From a virus (taxonomy: Duplodnaviria; Caudoviricetes): 58,689 bases of DNA. The first letter of the stretch is position 1. Each line of letters starts with the position of its first letter. Below are positions 8,471-17,482 of this stretch, in pieces. Both the position numbers and the translations under genes were made by a program. The DNA is taken from positions 1 through 58,689 of IMG/VR virus record IMGVR_UViG_3300002855_000236; one strand, 5' to 3'. The notes under the pieces are model-generated. The model had not been told where the DNA came from. It did not search any database and saw only the letters and a list, made by a program, of their open reading frames with translations.

Positions 8471-10432
8471 TTAATGGACCATCACCGGAAGCTCGTCGAT
8501 TATCGGTGCCACCCATACATCATTCCAACTCAGTTCGAACGATTCACCGACTTCCGCTTGAGCAGCGGCCAATAGAATCTCATTGCCCATCGCCTGCGCC
8601 GCCGGCGGCGGTACCGCGTTGCCGATGTACTCGCGGGCCTTGGCATCCGAACACCCTTCGAGCTGGAACGGCCGGCCGTCTGGCAGGTATTGTGGAAAGC
8701 CTTGGAGCATCGCGTTTTCGAACGTCGTCAGCGGCCGATGTACCGTGCCGTCAGGCGCGATGATCGTCCAAACGCCGCGGTCCTTGTCGGCCGGGAACGG
8801 TCGAGGGTCCGCGATCGCGCACGTCCCGGAGTGGATGTCTCCGGCGCCGACGACCGTCTTTCCGGGCTCGTCCCACGCTTGCACTCCGTAGGATCCAGAC
8901 CGCGGCGAGCATCCGAGCCGGACGTCGGCGACGAGTTGGGCTCCGCTCTGAACGTCCGTGACGCCCGTGATTGTTGCCGCAGCCTGGTCCATGGATTGCA
9001 TCCGATACTTGTCGGTATAGCGCTTAGGGATATCCGAGAGCCGAGGGTCACTGATTGATGCTTCAGAATTGCAAATCATCATCTTTCCGCGAATCGTCTT
9101 TGACGGTTTATCCCAATCCTGAACACCATTTCCGCCAGCGCGGTTGTAATTCCCTTTGTGGACCTCTCCCGGATTTCGGGGGTCGGATATTGCCAATGCC
9201 CCACTACCGAACCGCGTACCTGTGATACATGGTGCAGCCTCGTCGGAATGAACGACTCGGTAAACTCCCGGGTGACGGCCGTCCCGATCATTAAGCCGCG
9301 GGTCAGAGACGGATATCGCTCCGTTATTTGGCCGATGTGCGCCAGTGACCGTCGGCCCCGGCTCGTCATGCCGGCTTACCCGATAAATCGATTGGTGGGT
9401 TCCGCTGCCAAACCCGAAGCGTGGATCGGACACCGCCGTCGCCCCGTTGCTCCGGCCCGGCCCGGCCGAACCGGTAACGGTCCGGGAAGCCTCGCTCCAA
9501 TCCTCGACCGCGTAGGCGCCGCCGCGTGGCTCGTGAACGATGCGGTACTCCTCGAAAGGGACCGTCTGCAAGTCGCGCCAATCCCCTCCGGCCTTGATCA
9601 AAGCTAGTCGTACCCATGTCTTCCATTGGAGATTCGGAAGCCGGTGCATCGGGCCACCATTCTCCGTGTCTCCGGGCAGCGGAAGCGGTCCGATGACATC
9701 TCCGATCGTCCGAAGTTTCTTCTTCACCGGATAGTTCAGGAATACCGGAACCTGCGACTCCTGACGAGCCATGATCAAAAACCGCATCCGGTTCTGACCG
9801 AGCGCTCCGATCTCCCCGAGATTGTGATCCCCGCGCATGTTGATCGCATAACCGAACTTTTTCAGCATTCGCTTTATCTGCTGAAGCAAGCTCTTCCCAC
9901 GCGTCTGAATTCGCGGAACATTCTCGAGCTGGATAAACGCCGGCAAGCTTCCGCCATATTCGAGACATGCCCGGAGCACAAGATCGATGCCGCGGACGGT
10001 GAGCTGGTTGAGCGCCTGATACTTCTCCGACTGCGCCGACTTTTCCGGAAGGAGACCGGATAGTCCTTTGCACGGCGGCGAGGTGAAGAGAAAGTATGGG
10101 ACCTGATAGCGCATCGCGACCCACATGTCCCAAGGCGTTACCTCGCGCCATTCAGGCGGCGGCTCGTGACCGTGCCATGCGATGTATTGCTCGCGGGTAA
10201 AGAGGTCCATTACGACGGCCGTCTTCTCGCCGGTAATCTCGTCGTGGTACCGGGAGACGTTTGGGTCGGAATCGATCGAGCAGAGCTGCTTGAGCTTGTA
10301 GACCTTTCCGCCGTACTCAATCATCGATCGGTTGTATCCGACGGACGCGCCGCCCAAACCGCCGAATAGCACGACGTAGGGCTTGTAAACGCAGTTGTCG
10401 CCGTCGTCGAGGACCTTTAACGCGGCGCTCAC
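8471..10432 (-). CDS. DNA cytosine-5 methyltransferase with long repeated insert
   Basis: LFGGLGG, SPPCKG, ENVP, QNRxR and GNAVPP motifs. Confidence 0.9.
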   Translation of the reverse strand: MSAALKVLDDGDNCVYKPYVVLFGGLGGASVGYNRSMIEYGGKVYKLKQLCSIDSDPNVSRYHDEITGEKTAVVMDLFTREQYIAWHGHEPPPEWREVTPWDMWVAMRYQVPYFLFTSPPCKGLSGLLPEKSAQSEKYQALNQLTVRGIDLVLRACLEYGGSLPAFIQLENVPRIQTRGKSLLQQIKRMLKKFGYAINMRGDHNLGEIGALGQNRMRFLIMARQESQVPVFLNYPVKKKLRTIGDVIGPLPLPGDTENGGPMHRLPNLQWKTWVRLALIKAGGDWRDLQTVPFEEYRIVHEPRGGAYAVEDWSEASRTVTGSAGPGRSNGATAVSDPRFGFGSGTHQSIYRVSRHDEPGPTVTGAHRPNNGAISVSDPRLNDRDGRHPGVYRVVHSDEAAPCITGTRFGSGALAISDPRNPGEVHKGNYNRAGGNGVQDWDKPSKTIRGKMMICNSEASISDPRLSDIPKRYTDKYRMQSMDQAAATITGVTDVQSGAQLVADVRLGCSPRSGSYGVQAWDEPGKTVVGAGDIHSGTCAIADPRPFPADKDRGVWTIIAPDGTVHRPLTTFENAMLQGFPQYLPDGRPFQLEGCSDAKAREYIGNAVPPPAAQAMGNEILLAAAQAEVGESFELSWNDVWVAPIIDELPVMVH

Positions 10433-10803
10433 CGCGGCCCCTCCCCTCGGGGTTGGTCATCACTTTGAAGCCAATCCTCCGGGACTCTGTAAAACCCGCT
10501 AAGGTTAGAAGCTATGAGATAGACTTCAACTTCCTTACTGGATACAACAGCAAGCATTTCAGAACCATCCGGATTATAGCGGCTTTGTCCGTATTCGAGC
10601 GTGTTGGAGAGAACCATCCTTCTTTTCCCCACAACGATTCCGCTTAACATCTGAGGAGAAACTACCTCGTCAAGACGTTGCAGGACTATCTGATCCGTCT
10701 CATCTAGTTCCTTCTCGTACTCCGGAGAAAGCTTTTCATAGTCCACAAAGCTCCCGTTTTTACGATAATAGCGGTCGAATTGAACTTGATCCCCAAGCTT
10801 CAA
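10429..10803 (-). CDS. Hypothetical protein (start re-called at TTG 10803)
   Basis: Starts just after the dnaN stop; the upstream extension overlaps dnaN. Confidence 0.65.
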   Translation of the reverse strand: MKLGDQVQFDRYYRKNGSFVDYEKLSPEYEKELDETDQIVLQRLDEVVSPQMLSGIVVGKRRMVLSNTLEYGQSRYNPDGSEMLAVVSSKEVEVYLIASNLSGFYRVPEDWLQSDDQPRGEGPR

Positions 10804-10804
10804 G

Positions 10805-11926
10805 TTATCCCACCGTCCTATAAGGAAGAACAAGATGCAGCGCGTCCGGACCGTCAAACGGCTTGATGATGATCGGGCTCGTTGCGCCATTGAAGCCGAT
10901 GAACGTATCAGCAGTGTCAATGACCTTGAGCGCGTCGAGCATGTACTTGGAGTTGAACGAGACCTTAATTTCTTCACCCTTCAATAACTCCACGGACAAC
11001 TCTTCGACCGTTCGCCCGATCTGGGGGTTGGAGGATGTGATTTCAATGCCGCCTGTTTCCGTAGTCGTCAAGCGGACAATGTTCGTTTTTTCCTCTTTCG
11101 ACAAGGTATAGGCCCTCTCGATCGCACCTTCAAAGGATTTAGTGTCGATGACCAATTCCGTCTTGAAATAATCGGGAACGAGCTTCGAAGTATCCGGGAA
11201 TCTACCGTCCAGCGCCCGGGCGAAGAATTGAACATTTCCGGTCCGGAAGTGAAGTTGGCTGTCGGCGAAGGATATGTCAACCATGCCATTCTTGTCGGGC
11301 AAGAGTTTCGCGAGTTCGAGTAAGTCCTTTCCTGGGATGACGATATCGGGGAAGGAGGTAGATAGACCGGAATCTTTTGCCAACCAAGCCATACGATGTC
11401 GGTCGGTTGCAAGCGATCTAAATAATCCATCTTCCATCGACCATAAAGCGCCTGTTAAAATCGGCGTGCTCTCGTTGTCCGAGACCGCGAACGTGGTCGA
11501 CCGAATCAAATCTCTCAATTCGGCAGCAGGAAGAGAGAAGGAGGTCGATCCGTCGACGCTCGGAAGCCGCGGGAACTCCGTTGCATCCAAGCCCGACAAC
11601 TGAAGCTCGGTCCGGCCGGACTTAATGGTCGCCTGAAGGTCCTTGACCGAGATGAGCACTTCGTCCTTCGGAAGCTTCTTCACGATCTCGACGAAGAACT
11701 TCGCAGGCAGAACAATGCTGCCCGGCTGTTCCACGGCACCGATCGTCTCGATCGGAATGCGACTTTCAATCGTGATCGTCGTATCACTGGCCGTCAGCGT
11801 CACCGCGTCGGGCTGAGCGTCGATTTTGATCCCCGTCAGAATCGGAATGACCATCCGGCCGGAGACGGCCTTCGAAACGTGTTGAATGGCCGTATTCAGG
11901 TCGTTCTTATTAATCGTAAATTTCAT
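10805..11926 (-). CDS. dnaN: DNA polymerase III beta sliding clamp (phage copy)
   Basis: Full length 373 aa; PILTGIKI, ATDRHR, FPDTSKLVP, SFNSKYMLDAL, LVLPYR. Confidence 0.95.
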   Translation of the reverse strand: MKFTINKNDLNTAIQHVSKAVSGRMVIPILTGIKIDAQPDAVTLTASDTTITIESRIPIETIGAVEQPGSIVLPAKFFVEIVKKLPKDEVLISVKDLQATIKSGRTELQLSGLDATEFPRLPSVDGSTSFSLPAAELRDLIRSTTFAVSDNESTPILTGALWSMEDGLFRSLATDRHRMAWLAKDSGLSTSFPDIVIPGKDLLELAKLLPDKNGMVDISFADSQLHFRTGNVQFFARALDGRFPDTSKLVPDYFKTELVIDTKSFEGAIERAYTLSKEEKTNIVRLTTTETGGIEITSSNPQIGRTVEELSVELLKGEEIKVSFNSKYMLDALKVIDTADTFIGFNGATSPIIIKPFDGPDALHLVLPYRTVG

Positions 11927-12489
11927 TCGTCGCCCTTCCCTTCTAATATTGTTTGAACAACCTCGAGCTGATAAGGCAGATTGTCCAGCGTCGGCATCAG
12001 CTCGCGGTACAGGTAGACATTGAGAGCAATTCTAGCGATGATATAGGCGTCCGTGACGTTATGAGACTTGTGAGAATAGCCGAAATGCTTGAGTACGTCA
12101 GCCGCTACTGCCCTTTTGGCCGCTTCACCTTTAAGTCGCTTCTTGCTTCCTACCTCGCCGGTCCATCCGGTGTGTGCGACGAATTTCTTAACCGAATTAG
12201 GAGATGCCTCGTTAAAACTCATGCCCTTCCGAACAATCATCGTTCGAATTCCACCATGGATCATGCCCGCGGTTATGGCCTTCTGGGTGTCGAAAGGAGT
12301 ACCTTCGATAACAATCTCATCACCCGGTTTAAGAAGCCTGTACACATCATTTTCAAGGGAAACGAGTTGATCGATGGTTATTCCGCCTTTCCCCTTTTTG
12401 CCAACATCACGCTCTTCCAGAACATTCCCGTTTATATCAAGGGCCACGAAGCCCGTTACCGTTGCAGGGTCTATCCCGACAAATCGCAT
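11923..12489 (-). CDS. RuvC-like Holliday junction resolvase
   Basis: FVGIDP..TG, VIEG, VKKF, HNVTDAY. Confidence 0.8.
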   Translation of the reverse strand: MRFVGIDPATVTGFVALDINGNVLEERDVGKKGKGGITIDQLVSLENDVYRLLKPGDEIVIEGTPFDTQKAITAGMIHGGIRTMIVRKGMSFNEASPNSVKKFVAHTGWTGEVGSKKRLKGEAAKRAVAADVLKHFGYSHKSHNVTDAYIIARIALNVYLYRELMPTLDNLPYQLEVVQTILEGKGDE

Positions 12490-12491
12490 TT

Positions 12492-12722
12492 CTACTCCCC
12501 ACCCCTTTCGCTGATCCGAAGCTTAGACCAGGGGATGAGCGGAGCGATCTTCCAATAGGTCGACCTCTGCGCTTGTTCCGTCCCGATCCCTTGGCCGCGG
12601 AGGAATCGTAAGGTTTCGGTCCGGACATCTTCGAAATGGAACTGACAAAGCGGGACAAGAGCCCACGTTTGCCTTGCCTTGGCCGAACATCCCGGCATTT
12701 TGCATTGCGGAGAATCACTCAA
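12492..12722 (-). CDS. Small Zn-finger-like protein (start TTG 12722)
   Basis: CKMPGC...LCQFH; GAGG RBS. Confidence 0.6.
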   Translation of the reverse strand: MSDSPQCKMPGCSAKARQTWALVPLCQFHFEDVRTETLRFLRGQGIGTEQAQRSTYWKIAPLIPWSKLRISERGGE

Positions 12723-12972
12723 GGACCTCATCCTTTCCGATTCGCCCCTGTTCCTCGTAAAATGCCCGAAGGTACGGGAACTTGCGAGCGAAATCTCGTA
12801 TTCTGTAATTGGTAACATGTTCCGCAATCCGGTCGAAAGCCGATTCGTAAGCTGCCTTTGTATTAGGCGTGATGAGAGGATGTTCAATTTCCTCGGCTGC
12901 CTTTCTTAGCCGCACCAGAGCTTCCTCGTACTCCTTTTCCGTTTCGATTGGCTTTATTGGAGGTGCCGCCAT
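12715..12972 (-). CDS. Hypothetical protein
   Basis: ORF overlapping the dnaB 3' end; IKPIETEKEYEEAL helix. Confidence 0.6.
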   Translation of the reverse strand: MAAPPIKPIETEKEYEEALVRLRKAAEEIEHPLITPNTKAAYESAFDRIAEHVTNYRIRDFARKFPYLRAFYEEQGRIGKDEVLE

Positions 12973-14284
12973 CGTCCTTTACACCTGCCTTTAGATCGGT
13001 CTCGACGAACTTCTGATACCACCACTTGAATTCCAGTCGGAAACGATTCATCCCGATATTGCGCCCTTTAGCGAATATCGAATCGATGATCTTGCTGCTA
13101 TCGGGCAGTTGGTTTTCCGGATCGAACCACAGAAATTCGACGACGTCGGCATCCTGCTCGATGTTCCCCGATTCTTTCAAGTGCCGCATCTTCGGTTCGG
13201 AATCGTCGACAGCCCGATCAAGTTGGGAGAGCATAATGAAAACCAGTTTGAACCGGCGAGCGATATTCTTCGCCGACTTGGTGACCCGACCGATTGCCTG
13301 AGCTCGCATCTCGCCGCGCTTCTCCGGGATGTCCATGATCTGGAGGTAATCGACGATGACCGCAGCCACTTTCCCGAATTGCTTTTTGAACTGCTTTACC
13401 GTTGATCGAATCTGATCGATGGTAACCCCGGACGAATCCTGAACATAGATTTGGAGGTTCTCACACAGCTTGTAAGCGGCGTTGATTTTCTCCCATTCTT
13501 TGTCGGTGAACCCTTCCGGACCGCCATTGTTGATTAACTTGTTATAGTTAACCTCGGCGATCATCGAGACCATCCGGTCTATGACCTCGGTCTTGTCCAT
13601 CTCCTGCGACCAGAAAAGCACGGGTCCGGCATTCAGGTTGTTGCTAGCGATGCCATGCAGTAATTGCAAGGCCTTAGCTGTTTTGCCGACTCCCGGCCGT
13701 CCAGCGAGCACGTACAGCCAACCTCGCCATAACTGCGCCCAGTTGTCGTACTTCTCAAACCAACCGGTTTTCAGCTTCTCGGCTTTCGCCTTCTTCTTCT
13801 CGTAATACTCCGACCGCATCTCCCGGAAGCTCTGCATTTTGTTCGCCTGCTTCGGGCGAAGTTCGTCAATCAAGTCCTCCACGGCCGCAAAGTAGTCCAC
13901 GTCCGATTCGAATTCCTCGTTCGTCAGAGCGACAATCTTTTCTCCTACCACTCTCCCGCGCTGCCGCAGAGCCCTTGATCTGACGATGCCGGCGTAATAG
14001 GTGATGTTCGTGGCTGTCGGTACCGCGCCGGCCAACTGAGTGATATAGGCTATGTCAAAAGGGCGATCGAATCTCGCGAATTGGTCGTTGAGAGTTACTA
14101 GATCGATAGGCAAATCTCGTTCGTTCAGCCAGCGCATGACCTTGAATATGAGCTGATGCGTTTCGGTCGAAAAGTCTCGCGCTTCGAGGTCTGGAATCCT
14201 ATCTATGCTTTCGCTCTCAAGGAAGATGGAGCCTAAAACCGCCTGCTCAGCCTGTAAGCCGTGGGTTGCTGGATCTTGGATCAT
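12884..14284 (-). CDS. dnaB: Replicative DNA helicase (DnaB family)
   Basis: AEQAVLGS, GRPGVGKT, VDYLQ, LSQL, LKESGNIEQDAD. Confidence 0.95.
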   Translation of the reverse strand: MIQDPATHGLQAEQAVLGSIFLESESIDRIPDLEARDFSTETHQLIFKVMRWLNERDLPIDLVTLNDQFARFDRPFDIAYITQLAGAVPTATNITYYAGIVRSRALRQRGRVVGEKIVALTNEEFESDVDYFAAVEDLIDELRPKQANKMQSFREMRSEYYEKKKAKAEKLKTGWFEKYDNWAQLWRGWLYVLAGRPGVGKTAKALQLLHGIASNNLNAGPVLFWSQEMDKTEVIDRMVSMIAEVNYNKLINNGGPEGFTDKEWEKINAAYKLCENLQIYVQDSSGVTIDQIRSTVKQFKKQFGKVAAVIVDYLQIMDIPEKRGEMRAQAIGRVTKSAKNIARRFKLVFIMLSQLDRAVDDSEPKMRHLKESGNIEQDADVVEFLWFDPENQLPDSSKIIDSIFAKGRNIGMNRFRLEFKWWYQKFVETDLKAGVKDDGGTSNKANRNGKGVRGSSGAAKKGSRGN

Positions 14285-14579
14285 ATATGAATGCCTCCGG
14301 ATCTCCTCCCGCTGTTACCCACTCTTGATGGGCGATTTGCTTGTTGCGGAAGTAGACTTCCTGATCTACTTTCTCTTCGAGGTCAACGCGAGCAATATCC
14401 GCAATGCTAGGCGGGTATCGATTCGCCAATATATGCTCCCGAAGATTACCTTGAGCGACCATAAGCGGCACGTCCGCCAGCATCGCGATCCAAAGATCCG
14501 TCTGCTCTTCCGTCCATTCACGGTTCGGGTAAGCCGTGGAAATCAGCGCTATGATCTTCAACGTTTCCGTTTCCTTCAC
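14247..14579 (-). CDS. G39P-like helicase loader/inhibitor
   Basis: ISTAYP...W..ML...YPPSIADI; lies between initiator and helicase. Confidence 0.75.
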   Translation of the reverse strand: MKETETLKIIALISTAYPNREWTEEQTDLWIAMLADVPLMVAQGNLREHILANRYPPSIADIARVDLEEKVDQEVYFRNKQIAHQEWVTAGGDPEAFIYDPRSSNPRLTG

Positions 14580-15279
14580 GCCGCTGTGCCTCCTCCATCT
14601 TCCGTCTTAGGAGGTCCTTGGTTCGATCGGCCGCACTTTGCTGTACGATCGGCTTCCCGGACTCTGCCGTCTGGTTAAGGTAATTCTCGAAGTTCGTCGG
14701 ACGAAACAACGTCGACGGCCGCAGATACGCTTCCCATTTCGGGTCTCCCAACCATTGAGCGCACTTCACGTCAATTACGTGAAGAAAGTCGGCCAGCGTC
14801 CGCCCTTCCGCAAAACGCCCATTAATTAGAGCCTGCGTCGGCTTGGTCTTATGGCTGTAGCGCTTGCCGGCCTTGGCGTTGAGATGGTCGATTATTTCCT
14901 TGTACGGGACATCCTTGGGCATGTCCTCATCACCTTTCTGATTTTTTCCTTCTATTAGTAGCGCCGATTTCCAACTATCGAAATCCTTGTTGAAGCGAAG
15001 AACACGGGTCCGGTTTGGCTCATCCGAGACGACGATAACGACGTTGCGAGCAATGAGCATCGAAAGCTCCTTATCGATATGCTTTTTTGTCTTGTCCAAG
15101 GCCGAAGCGAGAAACGACAGGGACAAAGTCGCCTCCTTCCGCTTAAAACCGTAGGTGTATCGCCAAAGCTGATCGATAATCCCCCGCTGCGTCCCGTTCA
15201 AGCCGTGCCGGCCGATCTCTCCAAGGATCTGATGTGCAATCGGCGTGTACCCGTTTTCCTTCTGCGGACTTCTGGTCAT
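14518..15279 (-). CDS. Replication initiator (lambda O-like N-domain plus conserved phage C-domain)
   Basis: PQKENGYTPIA, RYTYGF, FNKDFDSW; YLRPSTLF..NFENYLNQ. Confidence 0.88.
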   Translation of the reverse strand: MTRSPQKENGYTPIAHQILGEIGRHGLNGTQRGIIDQLWRYTYGFKRKEATLSLSFLASALDKTKKHIDKELSMLIARNVVIVVSDEPNRTRVLRFNKDFDSWKSALLIEGKNQKGDEDMPKDVPYKEIIDHLNAKAGKRYSHKTKPTQALINGRFAEGRTLADFLHVIDVKCAQWLGDPKWEAYLRPSTLFRPTNFENYLNQTAESGKPIVQQSAADRTKDLLRRKMEEAQRREGNGNVEDHSADFHGLPEP

Positions 15280-15284
15280 TCACC

Positions 15285-16112
15285 TCACCCGCTCTTTGTT
15301 GCAATCTCCCGGTCCAGTTGCGTCTTGCAATATCGGCTAATGTCCATCAACAACTCCGCGCCGCCGAGATAAAGAGCAACTTCTTCAATTGCCTCTTTCG
15401 CGAATTCGTCTGGATCGGTTTTATCTTCGATTCGTCGCAACGATCCCTGGTACCAACGTCTAACCTCTCTAATCTCGTCCGCCGTAAGCTTGCGGCTCGT
15501 TTCAAAGGTCTGCGGTACCTCGACCGTGTAACCATTGACGAGGGCTTTCAACAGAATATCTGCACCAGTTTCCCCGATTGCATCGGGCTGGGTGTTGTTA
15601 AATGTAAAAGAGCGAACAAGTCTCAAATCCTCGAGGATCTCCTTCGGGTAATCTCGAACGAGCGTTGTTGTCTTATCAGAAAGAGCGATTATGGCGAAGT
15701 CAGAAATGTCAGCTTGACGCAATCTATCGATCGCCCCAGCCACTTCCCGAGGAACCGGAACCTTGGCCGCTTCCTTTGCCCGCGCTTCCCGAAGCTCCCG
15801 ATTAAGCTGAACGACATTGTCTTGAAGGCGATCGGCAGCGGCAACTGCTCGCCGATCATCAGCTTCTGCGATTTCTGCACGGCGTTTCGAAACCCGAACT
15901 TCGGCCTGAAGGTTCTTGAGTTGTTCATCCATTTCTAGAACGTCGACTTCTTCTAGATAGTCCGAATGGACGCTCCTGAATGCCAACTCCCCTTCGAGAA
16001 TATAGCGGAGCCCATTGCTTGCAGGTTTGCTTTCTACTATTAATAGAGTGCCTGCTTCAACGGTCCGGTCCGGGTAATTGAAGTCATCATTGACGCGCAT
16101 AACCTTCTTCAA
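15285..16112 (-). CDS. Hypothetical coiled-coil phage protein (start TTG 16112)
   Basis: AAGGAG RBS; ALVNGYTVE motif resembling DUF1642-type proteins. Confidence 0.65.
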   Translation of the reverse strand: MKKVMRVNDDFNYPDRTVEAGTLLIVESKPASNGLRYILEGELAFRSVHSDYLEEVDVLEMDEQLKNLQAEVRVSKRRAEIAEADDRRAVAAADRLQDNVVQLNRELREARAKEAAKVPVPREVAGAIDRLRQADISDFAIIALSDKTTTLVRDYPKEILEDLRLVRSFTFNNTQPDAIGETGADILLKALVNGYTVEVPQTFETSRKLTADEIREVRRWYQGSLRRIEDKTDPDEFAKEAIEEVALYLGGAELLMDISRYCKTQLDREIATKSG

Positions 16113-16732
16113 TTGGCATATCTCCTTTCGTATTTGTTGGCGGTCGGAAATGCGGTCGCGTATTCCGGTACCCACAGCGGCGCCGGAAACTTGCTCAGGT
16201 AGCCCAAGCGGTTCATCCACCGGTCTACCGGATCTTCGGAGTGCAATGCCATCAGGAGATCAAGAGTCGCCCGAACATCGTTCAGCGCTCTGTGAGCACC
16301 GTCCAGCACGATTCCATAACGCTCGCACATCGGCTCGAGCCTATGCGGATACGGATGCCGGTCCCGGCTGATCGTCATCGTGTCGAGAAAAGGATTGCTG
16401 AACGTCTTCCCGGCAAGCCGCATCATCGTCCAGTGAAGGAACTGAAGGTCGAAGACGGCGTTGTGGGCAACAAGGACCGCATCGCCCATGATCTGCCGCA
16501 GCACCTTGAAGGCGGTCAATTCATCCATTCCGACATCGACTTCGTCTTGCGTGATACCCGTTAATTCAGTAATCTTCGCTTCGATGACGATCGGCTGACG
16601 AACGATCGTGCTGAACTCATGAACGACCTTGCCGCCTTTTACGCGAATCGCCGCGAGCTCTATAACCCTATCGTTTTTGTGATCGAGGCCCGAAGTCTCG
16701 AAATCGTAGACGCAAATATCATCTAAAACCAA
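16109..16732 (-). CDS. DEDDh 3'-5' exonuclease (DnaQ/PolC epsilon-like)
   Basis: DFETSG, AHNAVFD, HRALND. Confidence 0.92.
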   Translation of the reverse strand: MVLDDICVYDFETSGLDHKNDRVIELAAIRVKGGKVVHEFSTIVRQPIVIEAKITELTGITQDEVDVGMDELTAFKVLRQIMGDAVLVAHNAVFDLQFLHWTMMRLAGKTFSNPFLDTMTISRDRHPYPHRLEPMCERYGIVLDGAHRALNDVRATLDLLMALHSEDPVDRWMNRLGYLSKFPAPLWVPEYATAFPTANKYERRYAN

Positions 16733-17482
16733 TCAGAACACCTCGATCGTGTAATGTTCGCCGCGCTTATACCCTCGCTCTCGGAGGGCCAGCCTAACGG
16801 CCGTCATAGCCTTGTCCGGCGTATTGTTGTTGGCCGACATGTGGGTCAGGAAGATGTGCTCTCCTTCCCCACGAACCAGCTCGGCGAGCGCCGCGGCCGC
16901 TGCATCGTTGGACATATGGCCGTTGTCGGACAGGATCCGGGATTTCAGGTAATCGTCGTAGGCGCCGGTCCGAAGCATCTCGACGTCGTGGTTGCACTCG
17001 AAGACGTAGATGTCGGAACGCTCCATTGCCCGGAACATCTCGGCATCGACGTGCCCGGTATCCATGAGCACCGTCGCCTTCTTGTCCTTGGTCTGGATCG
17101 TGTAGCCGAATGGCTCGAGCGCGTCATGGTGGACCGCGAACGGACTGACGAGCATGAACGACGGCCGAAGCGCGTCGAGAATGCGCGAATTGCTTGCCCG
17201 AATGATATGGCCGGAATCAAGGCGGTCGATCTGCTTCAACGTCCCCTCACTCGCATAGACCGGAATCCGGTACTTGTCGGCAAGGCTAATGCCCATGACA
17301 TGATCGCCGTGTTCGTGGGTCAGGAAGATCGCATCGATTTTCGAAGGGTCAATGTCGCGCTCGAGCATGATCTTCTCGATCTTGGTCTTCGGGAGGCCCG
17401 CATCGATTAAGATGCTGACCTCTCCGTTGCCGATCCAGACGCAGTTTCCCTTCGACCCGGACGCAAGGACCTTGACGATCAT
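16733..17482 (-). CDS. MBL-fold nuclease (YycJ/WalJ-like)
   Basis: ASGSKGN, THEHGDH, ECNHD, GHMSN. Confidence 0.88.
   Translation of the reverse strand: MIVKVLASGSKGNCVWIGNGEVSILIDAGLPKTKIEKIMLERDIDPSKIDAIFLTHEHGDHVMGISLADKYRIPVYASEGTLKQIDRLDSGHIIRASNSRILDALRPSFMLVSPFAVHHDALEPFGYTIQTKDKKATVLMDTGHVDAEMFRAMERSDIYVFECNHDVEMLRTGAYDDYLKSRILSDNGHMSNDAAAAALAELVRGEGEHIFLTHMSANNNTPDKAMTAVRLALRERGYKRGEHYTIEVF

Noticed and set aside
12715-12972. HigA antitoxin
   Set aside because: Only the N-terminal PIETEKEYEEAL resembles HigA; no HTH and no toxin gene
10805-14284. Host oriC region (dnaN, dnaB)
   Set aside because: No dnaA, recF or gyrB; the genes are embedded and coupled within the phage early operon
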